64,000 bases of DNA, from NCBI GenBank assembly GCA_964202905.1, contig CAXNJO010000002.1, positions 32,001 through 96,000 on the forward strand. The letters run 5' to 3'. A program made the translations under genes and the position numbers. A model generated the notes under the pieces. It worked only from the letters and a program-made list of their open reading frames with translations. It had not been told where the DNA came from and did no database searches. Positions within the stretch are counted from its first letter, which is position 1. Each line of letters opens with the position of its first letter. The stretch is from Polyangiales bacterium (lineage in GTDB: Bacteria > Myxococcota_A > Polyangia > Polyangiales > JADJQN01). Below, piece by piece: positions 59,449 to 64,000 of this stretch.

Positions 59449-60750
59449 ATGTCGCCGCCATCGTCCACGAAGCGCCTCACGCCGCCTGAGAGCCCCGCCC
59501 TGCGGGTCGTCGAGACCCCGGCGATCGTGCCCATCGGTGCGCTGCCGCCGCTCGGCGTTGTGCCCGCGCGCATGCACGGCTACGCCATCCGGGCCGACCG
59601 ACAGGGCGAGCCGCTCGCGTCCTTCGTCAGCGAGGAGCTCCCGACGCCGGACCCGGGCTTCGGCGAAGTGCTGGTCCAGGTCATGGCCGCCGGCGTGAAC
59701 TACAACGGCGTGTGGGCCGGGCGCGGCAAGCCTGTGAGCGTGTTCGACATGCACGGACAGCCCTTCCACGTGCCGGGCTCGGACGCCTCGGGCGTCGTGT
59801 GGAAGGTCGGCCCCGGGGTGCGCGCGTGGAAGGTCGGCGACGAGGTCGTCCTCCACTGCAACCGCACCTGCGGGCAGTGCGCGTTCTGCAACGGCGGTGA
59901 GCCGATGTTCTGCCGCGCGCAGAAGATCTGGGGCTACGAGACCCCCGACGGATCCTTCGCGCAGTACACGATCGCGCAGGCGCAGCAGCTGCTCCCGAAG
60001 CCGCCGCAGCTCACGTGGGAGGAGGCCGGCAGCTACGCGCTCACGGCGTTCACCGCGTGGCGCATGCTGATGAACCGCGCGGCGCTGCGCCCGGGTGACG
60101 ACGTGCTCGTGTGGGGCGGCGCGGGCGGCCTCGGCGTCTTCGCGCTGCAGATCTGCAAGCTCGCGGGCGCGCGCGCCGTCGCCGTGGTGTCGAGCGACGA
60201 GAAGGCCGAGCTCGCGCTGCGCCTCGGCGCGCACGCGACGATCGATCGCCGCGCCTTCCCGCACCTCGCGTGGACGCCCGACGAGACGCCCGCGCAGACG
60301 AAGGCTCGCCTCGCGGACACCAAGGCCTTCGGCAAGCAGCTCTGGGAACACTTCGGCGAGCGCAAGGGACCGGACGTCGTCTTCGAGCACGTCGGGCAGC
60401 AGACCTTCCCGGCGAGCGTCTTCCTCGCGAACCGCGGCGGCCGCATCGTGATCTGCGGCGCGACGACGGGCTTCGCGCTGAACTTCGACGTGCGGCACCT
60501 CTGGATGCACCAGAAGTCCATCCTCGGCTCGCACTTCGCGAACGCCGGCGAGTGCGCCGCCGCGAACGCGATGTTCGTGCGCGGGCAGCTCGCCCCCGTG
60601 CTCACGGAGACCTTCACGTACGGGCAGATCCCGCTCGCGCACGACAAGATGGCGCGCAACCTGCTCCACGGGACGACCGCGTGCCTCGTCGGTGCGCCGC
60701 GCCCCGGGCTCCGCAACCTCGCGGAGACGCTCGCCGCAGGCCCCCGCTGA
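59449..60750 (+). CDS. ccr: Crotonyl-CoA carboxylase/reductase
   Basis: AAGVNYNGVWA, IWGYETPDGSFAQ and WMHQK..GSHFAN (carboxylation Asn/Glu/His positions present). Confidence 0.92.
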   Translation: MSPPSSTKRLTPPESPALRVVETPAIVPIGALPPLGVVPARMHGYAIRADRQGEPLASFVSEELPTPDPGFGEVLVQVMAAGVNYNGVWAGRGKPVSVFDMHGQPFHVPGSDASGVVWKVGPGVRAWKVGDEVVLHCNRTCGQCAFCNGGEPMFCRAQKIWGYETPDGSFAQYTIAQAQQLLPKPPQLTWEEAGSYALTAFTAWRMLMNRAALRPGDDVLVWGGAGGLGVFALQICKLAGARAVAVVSSDEKAELALRLGAHATIDRRAFPHLAWTPDETPAQTKARLADTKAFGKQLWEHFGERKGPDVVFEHVGQQTFPASVFLANRGGRIVICGATTGFALNFDVRHLWMHQKSILGSHFANAGECAAANAMFVRGQLAPVLTETFTYGQIPLAHDKMARNLLHGTTACLVGAPRPGLRNLAETLAAGPR

Positions 60751-60773
60751 CCCCCCGCCCGAAGGACCGCGAC

Positions 60774-61838
60774 ATGACGATCGACCCCGCCCTCACGCAG
60801 GCCGCGCTCGCCCGCAACGAGGCCCTCGCCCTCCGCGACAAGGCCCGCCAGCTCGACCTCGACGCGCGCTACCTCGTGCAGATGGCGCACCTCACGACGC
60901 CCGCGACGGTGTGGAAGTACGTCGAGGGCGCCTGCACGAAGAGCGCCGCGAACCTCGTGATGCTCGACCTCGAGGACTCCATCCCGCGCGGCAACGACGC
61001 GCTCCTCGCGCAGGGCCGCGAGAACGTGATCCGGGCCTTCCGCGAGCTCGACTGGGGCAAGCGCCTGCGCTTCTTCCGCCCGCGCGGCCTCGAGCTCGAT
61101 CCGGGCCACGAGGACATCCAGACCATCGTCGGCGCGTGCGGCGCGCGCATCGATGGCCTCGTCTACCCGAAGACCGAGAGCGCGGACGAGGTGCGCTCGA
61201 TCGACGCCACGCTGACCGCGCTCGAGGCGCAGCACGGCCTGCCGCCCGGCGGCATCAAGATCGAGGTGCTCATCGAGAGCGCGGCCGCCGAGGAGCAGGT
61301 CTTCGAGATCGCGCGCGCGAGCCGCCGCCTCGTCGGGCTGGTCTTCGGCGCGTTCGACTACTGGGGCTCGCTCGGCATGGTGGGTGAGCCCTACACGACC
61401 GATCACCCGCTCGTGCAGCATGCGCGCGCGCGCATCGTGAAGGCCGCGGCGAGCGTGGGTGTGCCGGCCATCGCCGAGATGACGCTCAACTACCCGACGA
61501 AGGAGAAGTCGCCGTCGGAGCAGCAGGCCGCGCTCGACGAGTGCCGCGCGGACGCGCGCGTCGCGCGCCGCTTCGGCTTCGCCGGCAAGTGGACGGGCAT
61601 CCCGCAGCAGACGGCCATCGCGGTCGAGGTCTTCTCGCTGCGCGACGCGCTCATCGAGGAGGCCGTCGACGAGGCGCGCGCCTTCCTCGCCGCCGAGCGC
61701 GAGGGACGCGGCGCGGTGATGATCAAGGGCAAGATGGCCGACCGCGCGACCGACCGCATCAACCGCGTGACGCTCAAGACGGCGTACGCGCTCGGCCGCC
61801 TCGACGCGCAGACGGCCGCCGATCTCGGCATCCGCTGA
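60774..61838 (+). CDS. mcl: CitE-family CoA-ester lyase, probably malyl-CoA/beta-methylmalyl-CoA lyase
   Basis: Motifs LDLEDS, LDWGK, YPK, LIES, FGAFDY and GKMAD, located between ccr and mcd. Confidence 0.78.
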   Translation: MTIDPALTQAALARNEALALRDKARQLDLDARYLVQMAHLTTPATVWKYVEGACTKSAANLVMLDLEDSIPRGNDALLAQGRENVIRAFRELDWGKRLRFFRPRGLELDPGHEDIQTIVGACGARIDGLVYPKTESADEVRSIDATLTALEAQHGLPPGGIKIEVLIESAAAEEQVFEIARASRRLVGLVFGAFDYWGSLGMVGEPYTTDHPLVQHARARIVKAAASVGVPAIAEMTLNYPTKEKSPSEQQAALDECRADARVARRFGFAGKWTGIPQQTAIAVEVFSLRDALIEEAVDEARAFLAAEREGRGAVMIKGKMADRATDRINRVTLKTAYALGRLDAQTAADLGIR

Positions 61839-61885
61839 ATCGCCATTCAGCGCCTCGATCGCCCCATTTTCACGAGGTCTTCGCG

Positions 61886-63505
61886 ATGTCCCTCTCCGCT
61901 GCGATCACCGCCCTCGACGACCTCTGCGCCCGCGCGCACGCGCGGCTCCGCGCGACGCTGCTCGTCGATGGCCGCGTCTCCGGGTCACGGCTCGACGACG
62001 CGCAGGTCGCCGCGCACGGGCTCGCCTACCTCGCGACGGAGGTCGCGACGTGCCGCGAGCTCGCCGCGTGGTCGGCCCGCACGGGCGGCGCGCAGGAGAC
62101 GCGCATCGCCGACGCCTACGTCGCCGACGTGCTCCGCGGCGCGCGCGCCGGCGTGTGGCTGGGCGCGTGCGAGACGGTCGGCACGAGCGAGCTCGGCCTC
62201 ACGCCGGGCGACCTCGACGAGACGGTGGGCACGGCTGCGCTGCGCGCGTGGGCCGACGAACACGCGAGCGCAGCGGCGTACCAGGCCATCGCGCGCGCCG
62301 CGCAGGAGGAGGGCTTCGGCGCGTGGGGCCTCGAGGACGCCACGCTCGAGGAGATCCGGAGCCAGTTCGCGAAGTTCACGAACCAGCGCGTGATCCCGCG
62401 GGCGCAGGACATTCACCGCCGCGACGTGCTCATCCCGATGGATCTCGTCGACGCGATGAGCGAGCTCGGCGTCTTCGGCCTCACCATCCCCGAGCACTAC
62501 GGTGGCCTCGGCCTCGGCAAGATCGCGATGTGCGTCGTCACCGAAGAGCTCTCGCGCGGCTACATCGGCGTCGGCTCGCTCGGCACGCGCGCGGAGATCG
62601 CCGCGGAGCTGATCCTCGGCGGCGGCACCGACGCGCAGAAGGCACGCTGGCTCCCGCGCATCGCCTCCGGCGAGGTGCTGCCGACGGCCGTCTTCACCGA
62701 GCCGAACTTCGGCTCCGACCTCGCGCACCTCGGCACGCGCGCCGAACGCCAGCCCGATGGCAGCTGGCGCGTCACGGGCGCCAAGACGTGGATCACGCAC
62801 GCCGTGCGCGCCGACCTGATGACGCTGCTCGCGCGCACCAAGCCGGACGACGCGGGCTACGGCGGGCTCTCGATGTTCCTCGCCGAAAAGACGCGCCAGA
62901 GCGGCGAGCCGGGCGTCCCCGAGTTCGTCGACGCGGGCCTCACGGGCACCGAGATCAAGGTGCTCGGCTACCGCGGGATGAAGGAGTACGAGCTCGCCTT
63001 CGACGGCTTCGCGGTCGGCGAGGACGCGCTCCTCGGCGACGCCGAGGGCCAGGGCTTCAAGCAGCTCATGCGCACCTTCGAGAGCGCGCGCATCCAGACC
63101 GCGGCGCGCGGCGTGGGCCTCGCGCAGGCCGCCCTCGACGACGCCTTCCGCTACGCGGGCGAGCGCGTCCAGTTCGGGCGCCCCATCGCCGAGTTCGGGC
63201 GCGTGCAGCGCAAGCTCGGCCGCATGATCACGCTCGTGATGGCCGCGCGGCAGCTCACCTTCTTCAGCGCGCGCATGAAGGACTCCGACAAGCGCTGCGA
63301 CCTCGAGGCGGGGATGGCGAAGCTGCTCGCGACGCGCGCCGCGTGGGAGTGCGCCGACGCGAACGTGCAGATCCACGGGGGCAACGGCTTCGCCGAGGAA
63401 TACACGGCCTCGCGCCTGCTGGTCGACGCGCGCGTGCTCTCGATCTTCGAGGGCGCAAACGAGATCCAGGCGCACGTCGTCGCGCGGCGCCTGCTCGAGG
63501 GCTGA
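61886..63505 (+). CDS. mcd: (2S)-methylsuccinyl-CoA dehydrogenase
   Basis: Acyl-CoA dehydrogenase with N-terminal extension; motifs GYIGVGSLGTR, AVFTEPN, VLGYRGMKEYEL and FESARIQTAAR. Confidence 0.88.
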   Translation: MSLSAAITALDDLCARAHARLRATLLVDGRVSGSRLDDAQVAAHGLAYLATEVATCRELAAWSARTGGAQETRIADAYVADVLRGARAGVWLGACETVGTSELGLTPGDLDETVGTAALRAWADEHASAAAYQAIARAAQEEGFGAWGLEDATLEEIRSQFAKFTNQRVIPRAQDIHRRDVLIPMDLVDAMSELGVFGLTIPEHYGGLGLGKIAMCVVTEELSRGYIGVGSLGTRAEIAAELILGGGTDAQKARWLPRIASGEVLPTAVFTEPNFGSDLAHLGTRAERQPDGSWRVTGAKTWITHAVRADLMTLLARTKPDDAGYGGLSMFLAEKTRQSGEPGVPEFVDAGLTGTEIKVLGYRGMKEYELAFDGFAVGEDALLGDAEGQGFKQLMRTFESARIQTAARGVGLAQAALDDAFRYAGERVQFGRPIAEFGRVQRKLGRMITLVMAARQLTFFSARMKDSDKRCDLEAGMAKLLATRAAWECADANVQIHGGNGFAEEYTASRLLVDARVLSIFEGANEIQAHVVARRLLEG

Positions 63506-63515
63506 GCGCGCGCGA

Positions 63516-64000
63516 TCAGCGCAGCGCGTACTCGACGGGCAGGCGCAGCGCGCGTGTCTGCCAGGCGAGCGCCTCGGGCGGGGCCGGCACGTCGGCGAGC
63601 TCCTCGACGGACGCGAGCGCGGCGGCGTCGAGCGCCGCGTGCCCCGAGCTCTGGTCGACCGCGACGCGCGTGATGTGGCCGCGCGGGTCCACCGTGATCG
63701 AGATCAACACCGTGCCGCCGAGCCCCGCGCGGGCCGCCGAGCGCGGGTAGTTGCGGCTCGCGCGCTCGTGGACGAGGCGCTCGATCCGGGCCTTCCAGGC
63801 GAGCGCGAGCGCCCGGCGATCGACCGCGGGCGCCTGCCCGCCCGGCGCGCTGCCCGCCCCGCCCGGTCCCACGCCCGAACCACCGCGGCCGCCGCCGCCG
63901 AGCGGACCGCTGCGCGCCCAGCGCCGGTGCGCATCGCGCGGCTGCCGCCCGCGTCGCCGGCAACGCGCCGGCCGCGCCGGCCGCATCGGCCACGGGAGGA
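63516..64000 (-). CDS. TonB C-terminal domain protein (partial)
   Basis: YPRSAARAGLGGTV...SSGHAALDAAAL...LPVEYAL, with a Gly/Pro-rich linker. Confidence 0.82.
   Translation of the reverse strand, partial: LPWPMRPARPARCRRRGRQPRDAHRRWARSGPLGGGGRGGSGVGPGGAGSAPGGQAPAVDRRALALAWKARIERLVHERASRNYPRSAARAGLGGTVLISITVDPRGHITRVAVDQSSGHAALDAAALASVEELADVPAPPEALAWQTRALRLPVEYALR

Noticed and set aside
469..59489. Very long alternative-frame ORFs (e.g. 469-3822, 13882-17802, 18692-22948, 43681-49101, 56175-59489)
   Set aside because: Arg/Ala/Gly-rich shadow frames of real genes, caused by stop-codon scarcity at high GC.

Overview
Very GC-rich, gene-dense chromosomal window. It most likely comes from a myxobacterium (Polyangiales/Sandaracinaceae-like), inferred from a MYXO-CTERM-like protein, TPR/lipoprotein pairs and Cys-rich lipoproteins with D-x-G linkers. 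About 47 genes are supportable. Housekeeping genes include corA, pyrD, a KirBac channel, the MrfA/MrfB-type helicase/exonuclease pair, queD, folB-cupin, an orphan Dam-family methylase, mlaFE, alr, thiSGE, gltBD, galT and yhbY. There are also two large multi-sensor signalling proteins and several surface proteins. The right end holds a compact ethylmalonyl-CoA pathway cluster: an ScfR/RamB-type regulator, meaB and ecm on the minus strand, divergent from ccr, mcl and mcd. The most unusual items are: that cluster and its Ccr with an intact 4-Cys structural-zinc motif; a phage baseplate-chaperone-like/zincin/TM fusion; a signal peptidase I homologue lacking both catalytic residues, upstream of YbjN-like, TPR and 19x disintegrin-like-repeat genes; an EpmC-like/YkgJ fusion; a REC-LOV-like-HK-REC-EAL hybrid; a truncated HepT toxin; and a recurrent -10 box 6-11 nt before start codons. 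Many single-base frameshifts, even in gltB, suggest uncorrected long-read errors. No rRNA, tRNA, CRISPR array or IS element was seen. All family assignments come from motifs read by eye, not from database searches.
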